From an uncultured Bacilli bacterium (lineage in GTDB: Bacteria; Bacillota_I; Bacilli_A; RF39; UBA660), in contig CANRBR010000001.1 in the NCBI GenBank assembly GCA_947628915.1, positions 1 through 56,999 of the forward strand: 56,999 nt of DNA, given 5' to 3'. Position numbers and translations under genes: made by a program. Position 1 is the stretch's first letter. Each line of letters starts with the position of its first letter. The notes under the pieces are model-generated. The model was not told the DNA's origin. It searched no databases and saw only the letters and a program-made list of their open reading frames with translations. Of the stretch, positions 1-8,924 are shown one piece after another.

Positions 1-20
1 GAATCTCGTCGGAACCGCCA
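1..20 (+). tRNA. 3' terminal fragment of a tRNA cut by the window edge (possibly tRNA-Asp)
   Basis: Reads gaatc-tcgt-cggaacc-g-cca: end of a T-loop, 7-nt acceptor 3' strand, G discriminator and encoded CCA. It lies 7 nt upstream of tRNA-Phe. The isotype is a guess from the G discriminator and the common Asp-Phe order in Firmicute tRNA arrays. Confidence 0.5.
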
Positions 21-27
21 TTTTTTT

Positions 28-103
<76 letters not shown>

Positions 104-116
104 TTGTGAACGTTCA

Positions 117-145
117 AAAGTCTTTGTAAAATAAGGCTTTTTATT
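117..145 (+). terminator. Putative intrinsic terminator after the tRNA array
   Basis: 8-bp stem aaagtctt/aaggcttt (one G-U pair), 8-nt loop, followed by a T-rich tract. Confidence 0.45.
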
Positions 146-156
146 ATTATAAAATT

Positions 157-254
157 TGTGGACAAAAAATCCCCGTTAAATTCTGTGGACACTGTGGACA
201 AAATGTGGACAAAACAGATAATGTTTATTTTATTTTGTATTTAAATGTGGATTA
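157..254 (+). repeat. Cluster of direct TGTGGACA repeats (DnaA-box-like, complement TTGTCCACA)
   Basis: TGTGGACA starts at 157, 184, 193 and 204, all in the same orientation and most followed by an A-run. A variant TGTGGATTA lies at 246-254. Confidence 0.6.
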
Positions 255-341
255 TTATGCACTATACTTATAATATACTTAAATTGACTTTTGAAGTTTT
301 AACTGCTATAATTCTAAGTAGTTTTCTAAGGAGGGGATTAT

Positions 342-2474
342 ATGTTACGAAAACCTAATACAATAAATGAAATGAAATATTTTAATTTTAGTTTTGAACC
401 TGGAAAAGAAATTTCAAAAAGGATTAGCATCAACTCTAACGAACCTTTAGTTAGTATTATTTCTATATATAATTGCAATTCTGATAACTTATATATTGAC
501 CAAGTATTTAGAACCTTAAAAAATCAAACATTTCCATACTTTGAATGGATTATAATAACTAATAGCGATGTCTCAGAAAACGATAACTTATTTAAAAGTA
601 AAGACTTACTTAAAGATAAAAGAGTTAAAATAATAAAACAAGACTTTACAACAGTTTCAGAGGCAAAAATGATTGCTGCCAATTTAGCAAAGACTGACTT
701 ACTTTTTATACTTGATTTTAAAAATTTAATTGATAAAACATTGTTAGAATGTGGATATTTTGCCATGAAATTTAATCCTGATGCAGCTTTTTCATTTTCT
801 AGAGTCGTAGAGTTTGGAGATAATGAGCAACTACACAATACCAAATTTAGTATAAGTGAAGAAAAAAGAAAAAATATAATTCCATCAAGTGTATTTATTA
901 GAAAAGATATATTTTTAAAAGAATATGCTACATTGGGTAACGACAATTATGAAGACTGGTATTTATGGCTTAAATTACTTTCTAAAAAGTTTGTACCTTT
1001 AAAAATGGGATATTATGGATGTTGGCATAGAAATTTGAAAAAAACTCCAAGAAAGCCAAAATTAATATCTGATGAAGAGGCAAGCGAAAAAATACTTAAA
1101 ATTTCAAAGGAAATAGATTCTAAACTTGAGATAATACAATTCGATGATAGTTATGAAGTTGATTATAAAAATGTACCTGAAAAAATCGACTTAAAAAGAA
1201 AAAGTATAGTTCCAGATGACAAGACTAAACGAATTTTATTTATTTTACCATGGTCTGTTGTTGGAGGTGCAGATATATTCAATCTTAATTTAATAAAAGG
1301 ATTAAGACAAAAAGGGTATGAGATAAGTGTAGTAACTACTCAGAAATGCGACTATGCATTAAGACAGGGCGTTGAACAATATGTTGATGAGTATTTTGAC
1401 TTAACAAGTTTTTTAAAAAGAAAAGATTGGGCATCTTTTATAGCTTATATAATTAAAAGTAGAAGAATAAATGTTGTGTTTTTAAGTAATAGTTACTATG
1501 GATATTATGCAGTTCCATGGTTGAAATGTCAATTTAAGGAAATACCTTTTGTCGATTATATTCATGCAGAAAATTGGACATTAAGAAATGGTGGTTTTCC
1601 AAAGGACTCAAATGCAATTGCTGATTATTTAGATGCAACATATACTTGTACATCTCATTTGAGGGATATTATGTACAAAACAATGAAAAGAGATGTAAAA
1701 AATGTTAAACCAATATATATAGGAACAGACTCCGATTATTATAATCCTGAGATAAGTTTAGAAATGGATGATGAATTAGAAAAAAAGTTTAAAAATAAAA
1801 AAGTAATCTTATTTCCAAGTAGAATCGTTCATTATAAGAGACCACTTTTTGCAGTAAAAGTAATGGAGGGAATTTCAAAAATTAGAGATGATGTATGCCT
1901 TGTTATTGTTGGTGATGGAGATGCATTAGAAGATGTAAAAAAGTATGTAATAGATAATAATCTCGAGGAATATGTATATTGTTACGGAATTCAACAAGAT
2001 GTTAGACCATTTTACAAAATAGCTGCTCTTACATTGATATGTTCATTGAGGGAAGGTTTAACACTCACAACATATGAGTCTTTAGCGATGGGTGTTCCAA
2101 TAGTATCATCAGATGTGGGAGGTCAATCTGAACTTATAGAAAGCGATTGTGGTATTTTAATTAGACCTTTTCAAACTCCAGATGAGCAATTTGATTTTAA
2201 TTATTCTGAAGAGGAGTTAGGCGAATATATAATGGCCGTATTATGTATATTGGATGAATATAAAAAAGATGATGTCAGACAAATCTGTAGAAATAAAATA
2301 TTGAAAAAATTTACAATAGGTAAGATGGTATCTAACCTTGATAAAGAATTTACAAAGCTCATAGATAATGGAAGTAAAATTAATAGAGATTTATGCAAGA
2401 AAATAGGATTAGCTGAGAGATATTTATTAGTTCACAGTGTTTTGGAGAGTAAAGATGAAAGAAAAAAATACTGA
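342..2474 (+). CDS. Two-domain glycosyltransferase (N-terminal GT2-like, C-terminal GT4/GT1-like)
   Basis: 710-aa ORF with RBS aaggagg 7 nt upstream. The N-terminal half looks GT2-like (LVSIISIYNC..., EDWYLWLKL). The C-terminal half has the retaining-GT signature EGLTLTTYESLAMGVPIVSSDVGGQSELI. Confidence 0.75.
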   Translation: MLRKPNTINEMKYFNFSFEPGKEISKRISINSNEPLVSIISIYNCNSDNLYIDQVFRTLKNQTFPYFEWIIITNSDVSENDNLFKSKDLLKDKRVKIIKQDFTTVSEAKMIAANLAKTDLLFILDFKNLIDKTLLECGYFAMKFNPDAAFSFSRVVEFGDNEQLHNTKFSISEEKRKNIIPSSVFIRKDIFLKEYATLGNDNYEDWYLWLKLLSKKFVPLKMGYYGCWHRNLKKTPRKPKLISDEEASEKILKISKEIDSKLEIIQFDDSYEVDYKNVPEKIDLKRKSIVPDDKTKRILFILPWSVVGGADIFNLNLIKGLRQKGYEISVVTTQKCDYALRQGVEQYVDEYFDLTSFLKRKDWASFIAYIIKSRRINVVFLSNSYYGYYAVPWLKCQFKEIPFVDYIHAENWTLRNGGFPKDSNAIADYLDATYTCTSHLRDIMYKTMKRDVKNVKPIYIGTDSDYYNPEISLEMDDELEKKFKNKKVILFPSRIVHYKRPLFAVKVMEGISKIRDDVCLVIVGDGDALEDVKKYVIDNNLEEYVYCYGIQQDVRPFYKIAALTLICSLREGLTLTTYESLAMGVPIVSSDVGGQSELIESDCGILIRPFQTPDEQFDFNYSEEELGEYIMAVLCILDEYKKDDVRQICRNKILKKFTIGKMVSNLDKEFTKLIDNGSKINRDLCKKIGLAERYLLVHSVLESKDERKKY

Positions 2475-3495
2475 TATAAAAGGTTTGATAAGTATAATAA
2501 TACCCATGTTTAATTCTGAGAAATTCATTTCAAAGCTTTTGGATACTGTAATTAACCAGACATATTCGAACATAGAAATAATAATAATCAATGATGGGTC
2601 AACCGATAATAGTTTAAATATAGTAAAAAAATATGCTGAATCCGATGATAGAATTAAGGTAATTTCTACAGAGAACAGAGGCGTAAGTTCTGCTAGGAAT
2701 TTAGGTTTAAAAAATGTTAGGGGCGAATATTTTACATTTCTAGACAGTGATGATTATATAGAATTAGATTTATATGAAAAAATGATTAATTTAATGAAAA
2801 GTACTAATGCAGATTCCATGAGAATTAACTATGTTAAAGAAGATGAAAATTTCAAATTTATAAAATTTGGAGATATGTACGATTTAAAAGACAAATTATT
2901 AAAGAAAGAGGAAATAAGAAATAAATTGATACCATATATTTTTGATAATAAAATAGAGGCGTATACTCCTCTTTTGCTAGTCAGAAGTAAATTGTTAAAT
3001 AAAATAAACTTATTTAAAGAAGACATTCATATGATGGAGGATATGTTATTTTATTTAGATTTATTATCAGAAGTTGACAGTGTATACTTTTTTGATTTAC
3101 CAGCTTACCATTATATTTTAAGAGAAGTAAGCAATTCGAAAAGAAGAGATAAGTTGCTTGTAAATTTATATGATACTTTAAAAGTTGTAAGATATGTAGA
3201 ACAATTTCTCTATTCGAAAAAATATTCAAAAGATATTTATGACCAAGTATATTTTATATACTCGACTATGATTATTAAGTATTTATTAAGAACATTTCAA
3301 AAAGAAGATGATTATTTTTTAAGTTATGAGGATATTGTAAAAATTTTAGATAATGTAGAGGTTAAAAGAATTATAAAAAAGGTTAAAATTTGTTCTGAAA
3401 ATGAATATATTAATAATAGTTTTAAGTTAATTAGTTCAGGAAATTATGATGAATTTTACAAGTATGCACTTAGTATTAAGGATATAAAGATATAA
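2455..3495 (+). CDS. Family 2 glycosyltransferase
   Basis: ISIIIPMFNSEKFISKLLDTVINQTYSNIEIIIINDGSTD plus LDSDDY (DxD). The start was moved to the ATG at 2455, preceded by ggagag. It overlaps the end of the upstream glycosyltransferase gene, suggesting an operon. Confidence 0.8.
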   Translation: MKEKNTDIKGLISIIIPMFNSEKFISKLLDTVINQTYSNIEIIIINDGSTDNSLNIVKKYAESDDRIKVISTENRGVSSARNLGLKNVRGEYFTFLDSDDYIELDLYEKMINLMKSTNADSMRINYVKEDENFKFIKFGDMYDLKDKLLKKEEIRNKLIPYIFDNKIEAYTPLLLVRSKLLNKINLFKEDIHMMEDMLFYLDLLSEVDSVYFFDLPAYHYILREVSNSKRRDKLLVNLYDTLKVVRYVEQFLYSKKYSKDIYDQVYFIYSTMIIKYLLRTFQKEDDYFLSYEDIVKILDNVEVKRIIKKVKICSENEYINNSFKLISSGNYDEFYKYALSIKDIKI

Positions 3496-3673
3496 AGATA
3501 CGAGAGATTATAATGCTTTTATTATAATCTCTTTACTCAAAAATTTTAGTTATACTCGGATAAATACTAAAAAATATTAACAAAAGTGTTAAAAATAATT
3601 GACTTAAATTAAAAACTATGATAACATTAATAATGTCTAAAAAACCTGCAGTTGGAAAGCGCGATATAGTTAT

Positions 3674-3750
3674 GCGCTCGTAGCTCAGTTGGATAGAGTG
3701 TTTGGCTACGAACCAAAAGGCCGGGGGTTCGAATCCCTTCGAGCGCACCA
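3674..3750 (+). tRNA. tRNA-Arg (anticodon ACG)
   Basis: Acceptor gcgctcg/cgagcgc, anticodon stem tttgg/ccaaa with loop ct-ACG-aa, T loop ttcgaat, encoded CCA. Confidence 0.88.
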
Positions 3751-3758
3751 TAAATTTT

Positions 3759-3835
3759 CGGAAAATGGCTCAATTTGGTAGAGCACTACATTTGGGATGT
3801 AGGGGTTGCAGGTTCAAATCCTGTTTTTCCGACCA
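3759..3835 (+). tRNA. tRNA-Pro (anticodon UGG)
   Basis: Acceptor cggaaaa/ttttccg, anticodon stem ctaca/tgtag with loop tt-TGG-ga, T arm gcagg-ttcaaat-cctgt, encoded CCA. Confidence 0.88.
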
Positions 3836-3845
3836 TTTGATAATT

Positions 3846-3877
3846 AACCCTTATAAAATAAGGGTTTTAATTTTTTT
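3846..3877 (+). terminator. Intrinsic terminator of the Arg-Pro tRNA unit
   Basis: 8-bp stem aaccctta/taagggtt followed by ttaattttttt. Confidence 0.7.
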
Positions 3878-3952
3878 AGGTACTATTTAGGTACAGTTTT
3901 TTATAAATTATCTAATATATTTATTATTTCATTTTGAATAGTAAGAAATTAA

Positions 3953-3986
3953 ATGCAAAAAAAGGCTTTTTTTTGAGCCTTTTTTA
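3953..3986. terminator. Bidirectional hairpin terminator
   Basis: Stem aaggctt/gagcctt (one G-U pair), flanked by an A-run on the left and a T-run on the right. It lies just downstream of the minus-strand nuclease gene. Confidence 0.55.
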
Positions 3987-3993
3987 GCAAATC

Positions 3994-4755
3994 TTATATT
4001 TTAATATCGTCATACAACTTCCAAAAGTCATATTCGTTAATATTAAATGAAGTTCCATGGTCATATATTTTGCCTTTTTTATCGCCAGCCCTGTATATTC
4101 CAAGTCTGAAAGTAACGCATATAGTTCCATCTTCAATAAGATTAATGAGCGTTTCAAAACCCTTTAACTTATAAAAATTAAGTTTGTAGTATTTGAAATA
4201 TTGCCATCCGTTTTCTTCTTTGATGTATGCTTTAAAGAATGCCATATATTTTAATTTTCTATATAGTTTTTCTTTTAAAGTATCAAAATCCCAATATACT
4301 TCATTTTCAATCAATACTTTATTTTTATCATAGATTTCTAACAATAATTTCTCGTTTGTCCTATCTACTTTTAACTTAAAGTAATAGTATAAGCCTACCT
4401 TTTTCATTATTTTTGTATTTAATGTAGTATTTAAAACATTATACATTTTTAACATGGAATCAGGGTATCCGTATTCATCTTTTAGACGCTCTACTTCGTG
4501 ATAATGCGGGCCATCTGGAACACAACTAAATAGACATGTATTACTTCCTGAGTGTGCTCTTTTGGTTTTTATTTCTACACCGAAGTAATCAGGTATTTCA
4601 AAATCGTTTCTGTTTAAACCAATTAACTCTTCAAGTGTATTGCCTATTCCTCCAAGTCCTTTGCAGCAACTTTTTACCCATCCCATCTTTTTGATTTCTT
4701 CAAACTTAATTTTTAAATCATCAAATACATTAACGCTTACATTCATTTTTTTCAC
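3994..4755 (-). CDS. MvaI/BcnI-family (MutH-like PD-(D/E)XK) restriction-endonuclease-like protein, no adjacent methyltransferase
   Basis: 253 aa, the size of BcnI/MvaI. It has GLGGIGNTLEELIGLNRNDFEIPDYFGVEIKTKR (G-x-x-LE-x-x-G ... PD ... E-x-K). The C-terminal GKIYDHGTSFNI resembles the BcnI block KGPHDRGPHLRI. RBS gaggaggtg. Confidence 0.6.
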   Translation of the reverse strand: MKKMNVSVNVFDDLKIKFEEIKKMGWVKSCCKGLGGIGNTLEELIGLNRNDFEIPDYFGVEIKTKRAHSGSNTCLFSCVPDGPHYHEVERLKDEYGYPDSMLKMYNVLNTTLNTKIMKKVGLYYYFKLKVDRTNEKLLLEIYDKNKVLIENEVYWDFDTLKEKLYRKLKYMAFFKAYIKEENGWQYFKYYKLNFYKLKGFETLINLIEDGTICVTFRLGIYRAGDKKGKIYDHGTSFNINEYDFWKLYDDIKI

Positions 4756-4898
4756 CTCCTCATATATATCATTCTACAAAACTTTTCAATTTCCTTTTTT
4801 TTCTTGAAAAAAATTTAAAAAATTGCAAAAAAATTTAAAAAAATCATAAATTTCTTTAAATTCTTAAAACTATGATATAATTTATATAGGTGATAAAA

Positions 4899-6032
4899 AT
4901 GGATAAGTCTATTGAACTTCAAGTAATAAAAAATATGTCTAAAAAAAATGATAATCTATCTTCGTATGCCTGTAATGATAAAGATGCAATAAGATTTAAA
5001 AAGATAGATGTTGATTTTAGACCCTCCTTTTTTAGAGACATAGATAAAATAATATATTCTTTGTCATATATTAGATATATAGATAAAACTCAAGTGTATA
5101 CAAATAACACAAATGATATGATAAGTAAAAGGATGACACATGTTCAAATGGTGAGTAAAATCGCTCGTACGATAGGTCGTGCCTTAAATTTGAACGAAGA
5201 TTTGATTGAGGCTGCCGCATTAGGTCATGACTTAGGTCATGTTCCGTTTGGACATGTTGGAGAAAGTATTCTAAATGAAATCAGTTTAAGATATGGTGAG
5301 GGATATTTTTGTCATAATGTTCAAAGTGTTAGAACACTCATGAATATAGAAAATCATGGTAAAGGTAATAACACAACTCTTCAAGTATTAGATGCGATAT
5401 TTTGTCATAATGGAGAAATGTTAGAAGGTGTATATTATCCTGTAAAAAAGACAAAAGAGCAGTTCTTAAACGAATATAATGAAAGTTATAAAAATAAAGA
5501 AATTTTAAAAAAAGTAAAGCCTATGACTTTAGAGGGATGTGTCGTTAGAATAAGTGATGTTATTGCTTATATTGGAAAAGATATAGAGGACGCAATTAGA
5601 TTAAATAAAATAAGTATAGATGATATACCACAGAATATATTAAAAACGCTTGGTAAAAATAATTCTGAAATAGTAAATACAATAGTTACAGATATTATTA
5701 ACAATAGTTTTAATCATAATTATATAAAAATTTCAGAAAACATTTTTAATGCTTTAAGTGAACTTATTGAATTTAATTCTAAAAACATTTACAAAAAAGC
5801 AAACACTAAAGAACAAATTGATGAATATACAAAAAAATTTAATAAACTTTTCGATTTATATTATGAACATTTGTCAAATAATAAAAAAGATTCTGATATT
5901 TTTAATTTATTTATCGATAATATGGATAAAGATTATATAGAAAATACTTCTAATGCTAGAAAAGTTATAGACTTTATAGCTGGAATGACAGATGATTTTT
6001 TACAACTTCAATACGACAAATATTTTAAATAG
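4899..6032 (+). CDS. HD-domain dNTP (dGTP) triphosphohydrolase-like protein
   Basis: MTHVQMVSKIARTIG...ALGHDLGHVPFGHVGE (HD motif) and the C-terminal FIAGMTDDF typical of the Dgt family. Start chosen at the ATG at 4899, after aggtga (the track uses the GTG at 4890). Confidence 0.75.
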   Translation: MDKSIELQVIKNMSKKNDNLSSYACNDKDAIRFKKIDVDFRPSFFRDIDKIIYSLSYIRYIDKTQVYTNNTNDMISKRMTHVQMVSKIARTIGRALNLNEDLIEAAALGHDLGHVPFGHVGESILNEISLRYGEGYFCHNVQSVRTLMNIENHGKGNNTTLQVLDAIFCHNGEMLEGVYYPVKKTKEQFLNEYNESYKNKEILKKVKPMTLEGCVVRISDVIAYIGKDIEDAIRLNKISIDDIPQNILKTLGKNNSEIVNTIVTDIINNSFNHNYIKISENIFNALSELIEFNSKNIYKKANTKEQIDEYTKKFNKLFDLYYEHLSNNKKDSDIFNLFIDNMDKDYIENTSNARKVIDFIAGMTDDFLQLQYDKYFK

Positions 6033-6109
6033 TGTAAACTATTTAAAAAAGTTTTCGTACGAGTTAATATTTCACATTTATTGTGGTATAATATGAGAGT
6101 GATGTATAG

Positions 6110-7873
6110 ATGAAAAGAAGAAAAGTAAACAAAAATAGCAAAAATTTATTTTATAAGATACTAAGTGCTGTATTAGGTATTACATCTGCTGTGCTGTTAG
6201 GACTTTTATTATACATGGATTTATTACCTAATAAATATATGATAATATTAGTAATTGCAATAATTGTATTTGATGTATTTAATATAGTTCTATTAAACAT
6301 AAAAAAACTAAAAAAGAAAATAAAAAAGACTATATCAGTTTTTTCACTATTAGCAATTCTAATAATGCTCATAGCTGTATTTTATTTATCAAAAACACTT
6401 GGTGTTTTAGTTGGCAATGGTGATAGCAAGTATAAACTAGAAAACTATTCGGTTCTCGTTTTAAAGGATAGTAAGTATAGCAAATTAGAAGATATAAAAA
6501 ACAAATCAATTGGATATTATGAAAATTCAACTGGTGCAAAAGCATCTTTAGAATATTTAGATAAAAAAATTAAAACGAATTCTAAATCTTATAAAGCATC
6601 TGATACTTTAGTTTCTGATTTGCTAAATTCTAATGTTGATGCTATATTAATCGAAGATTCGTTAATAGATATTGCAGAAGAGGAACACAGTGATTTTAAG
6701 GATAAAACTAAAGTTATATTTACTTTTTCTATAAAAGTTCAAGTTGAATCTACTTTAAAAGATGTAAATGTAACAAAAGAATCTTTTGCAGTTTATATAA
6801 GTGGTATAGACACTTATGGTAAAATTTCTTCTGTATCTAGAAGTGATGTAAATATAGTTATGGTAGTAAATCCGACTACTAGGCAAGTTTTATTAATATC
6901 AATACCTAGAGATTATTATGTTCAGTTACACGGCACAACTGATAATAAAGATAAATTAACTCATGCAGGTATATATGGAATTGATATGTCAATAAAGACA
7001 ATAGAAGATTTGCTAGATATGAAAATAAACTACTACTTGAAGGTAAATTTCACATCAGTTATAGATATCGTCAATGCCTTAGGTGGATTAGATGTATATT
7101 CAGAATACACATTTATCTCATATTCAGGTTATAGTTTTAAAAAGGGTTATAACAAGGTAAATGGAGAACAAGCATTAGATTTCGCACGAACAAGAAAGGC
7201 GTTTTCAAGTGGCGATAGACAAAGAGGTAAAAATCAACAAGCTTTAATAGAGGCTATAATAAGAAAGGCTACAAGTAAATCTATTATTACTAAATACAGT
7301 TCATTACTAGATGCAGTAAATGGTAAATATCAGACAAATATGAGTGTTAAAAAGATTACATCTCTTATAAAAAAACAATTAAATGATATGTCTCCTTGGA
7401 CTATAACATCATACAGTTTAACCGGAAAAGATTCTAATAATTATACTTATACATATAATCAACTTTTGTATGTTATGGAGCCAGATGAAGAAAGTATAAC
7501 CGAGGCAAAAGACCTTATAAAAAAAGTACTTGGTGATGAAAAACTCGATAGTTCTTATAATGAAACAGTAGGTAATAGTAATACTGTTACCAAAGTTCCA
7601 CAGAAACCTACTCCTGCACCTAGTCCAGAACCACCAAAAGAAGTTCCAAAAGATGTAGAAGATAACGATGAAGATAAATCAGATGAAAAGGATGAAAATC
7701 AAGATGTATCTGGTGATGAAAACGATGATATTTTAATACCACCTATTGAACAACAGGATGGTAATGATACTGATAAGGATAGTGAAGATAATAATCCTAA
7801 TAATAATGATTCTAGTAGTGGTGATGAAGAAGGTTCAGATGATAGTATAGAATCTCTTATACCACAAAGTTAA
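6110..7873 (+). CDS. LytR-CpsA-Psr (LCP) family cell-wall glycopolymer transferase with an acidic low-complexity tail
   Basis: N-terminal TM segments and the LCP core NIVMVVNPTTRQVLLISIPRDYYV, KLTHAGIYG, ALDFARTRK..GDRQRGKNQQ. The C-terminus is Pro-rich and then D/E/N/S-rich. Confidence 0.8.
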   Translation: MKRRKVNKNSKNLFYKILSAVLGITSAVLLGLLLYMDLLPNKYMIILVIAIIVFDVFNIVLLNIKKLKKKIKKTISVFSLLAILIMLIAVFYLSKTLGVLVGNGDSKYKLENYSVLVLKDSKYSKLEDIKNKSIGYYENSTGAKASLEYLDKKIKTNSKSYKASDTLVSDLLNSNVDAILIEDSLIDIAEEEHSDFKDKTKVIFTFSIKVQVESTLKDVNVTKESFAVYISGIDTYGKISSVSRSDVNIVMVVNPTTRQVLLISIPRDYYVQLHGTTDNKDKLTHAGIYGIDMSIKTIEDLLDMKINYYLKVNFTSVIDIVNALGGLDVYSEYTFISYSGYSFKKGYNKVNGEQALDFARTRKAFSSGDRQRGKNQQALIEAIIRKATSKSIITKYSSLLDAVNGKYQTNMSVKKITSLIKKQLNDMSPWTITSYSLTGKDSNNYTYTYNQLLYVMEPDEESITEAKDLIKKVLGDEKLDSSYNETVGNSNTVTKVPQKPTPAPSPEPPKEVPKDVEDNDEDKSDEKDENQDVSGDENDDILIPPIEQQDGNDTDKDSEDNNPNNNDSSSGDEEGSDDSIESLIPQS

Positions 7874-7986
7874 AAGAGTATACAACTCTTTTTCTTTAAA
7901 AATGTTAAAATCTCTTTACACACTCCTAATTAAAATGATATAATTTGTTTAGAGTAATATCCATATCATAAACTAGAGGTGGTTAT

Positions 7987-8703
7987 ATGTTATTTAGAAA
8001 AGCAATTCTTATAATACATGGTTTTGCTGGAGGTACATACGATGAAGAGGATTTAGCAAACTATTTAGAACTCAATAGAAACTTTGATGTATTTCAGTTC
8101 ACACTACCAGGTCATAATAGGAATTTAAGCAAGGCTAAATATAAAGATTGGATAGATTATAGTGAAAGTAAAGTAAAATGGTTGATAGATAATGGATACG
8201 ATAGTATTTATCTTATAGGACACAGTATGGGAGGAGTAATTGCTACATATATAGCATCTAAATATAAAGAAGTAAAGAAACTTGTACTTGCTGCTCCCGC
8301 ATTTCAATATTTAGATGTTGTAAAAGATGATCTAAATGTTACCGATTCTTTAAAACTTGCTCCTAAAATAATTAACACCTATGGTAAGGATGAAGTAATT
8401 GCTAGATTTTTAAAACTTAATATTAGTACTATAAAAGAGTTTATTGAGCTTGTAAAGAAATATTATGGTACACCTAAAGATATAACTTGTCCTATATTGA
8501 TATTACAGGGTAAAAGTGATAATTTAGTTCCTATCTCATCTTCAGAATATGTATATAAGAGTGTTAAATCTAAAATAAAAAAATTAGTTTATATAGATGG
8601 CGCAACACACGACATATTTAAAAGTAGTAATAATTTAACAATATTTAAAACTGTAGAAGAATTTTTAAAACATGGTACAAAAGGAGGAATTGATAATATA
8701 TGA
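7987..8703 (+). CDS. Alpha/beta hydrolase (carboxylesterase/lipase-like)
   Basis: Nucleophile elbow GHSMGG, later ILQGKSDNLVP and GATHDIF (Ser-Asp-His triad pattern). RBS gaggtgg. Confidence 0.75.
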   Translation: MLFRKAILIIHGFAGGTYDEEDLANYLELNRNFDVFQFTLPGHNRNLSKAKYKDWIDYSESKVKWLIDNGYDSIYLIGHSMGGVIATYIASKYKEVKKLVLAAPAFQYLDVVKDDLNVTDSLKLAPKIINTYGKDEVIARFLKLNISTIKEFIELVKKYYGTPKDITCPILILQGKSDNLVPISSSEYVYKSVKSKIKKLVYIDGATHDIFKSSNNLTIFKTVEEFLKHGTKGGIDNI

Positions 8704-8876
8704 CAGAAGATGAAGCAAAGAGGGCACTTTTTCAAATACACTATGAATATATGACACATACTCCAAAAGAACGCTTAGCTCTATATGATGAGTATCAAGA
8801 AAAAAGAAGAGAAATTAAAAAAGAATTGGCTAAATTTATAATGGAACGCAAGGAAGAAGAACTAAAGAAGAAATAA
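8700..8876 (+). CDS. Unannotated small ORF (58 aa, charged, helical), translationally coupled to the hydrolase gene
   Basis: Its ATG overlaps the upstream TGA (ATATGA). It translates as MTEDEAKRALFQIHYEYMTHTPKERLALYDEYQEKRREIKKELAKFIMERKEEELKKK. It falls below the 60-aa cutoff of the ORF track. Confidence 0.4.
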   Translation: MTEDEAKRALFQIHYEYMTHTPKERLALYDEYQEKRREIKKELAKFIMERKEEELKKK

Positions 8877-8924
8877 TTATTTTTGATTATTCTTTTTTTG
8901 TGCTATAATGTTTTTGGTGATTTC

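Noticed and set aside
524-946. 140-aa antisense ORF inside the glycosyltransferase gene
   Set aside because: It is a shadow ORF opposite a well-supported gene. It has low-complexity Leu/Ser/Phe/Ile-rich composition typical of AT-rich antisense frames, and no RBS.
3533-3890. Two track ORFs (72 aa minus strand, 62 aa plus strand) over the tRNA region
   Set aside because: They are explained by tRNA-Arg and tRNA-Pro, which fold into complete cloverleaves.
5758-5940. 60-aa ORF nested in another frame of the dGTPase-like gene
   Set aside because: It is an out-of-frame overlap with a motif-supported CDS and has no independent signals.
7600-7873. Acidic D/E/N/S-rich region as a separate gene or a tandem DNA repeat
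   Set aside because: It is in frame and continuous with the LCP protein. It shows no exact nucleotide periodicity and is best read as a low-complexity C-terminal tail.
8883-8924. N-terminal extensions given by the ORF track for queA (8883), miaA (9922), nusA (15734), rimP (15502) and others
   Set aside because: The extensions run through promoters or upstream gene ends. Conserved protein N-termini and good RBS sequences sit at the internal ATGs used here.
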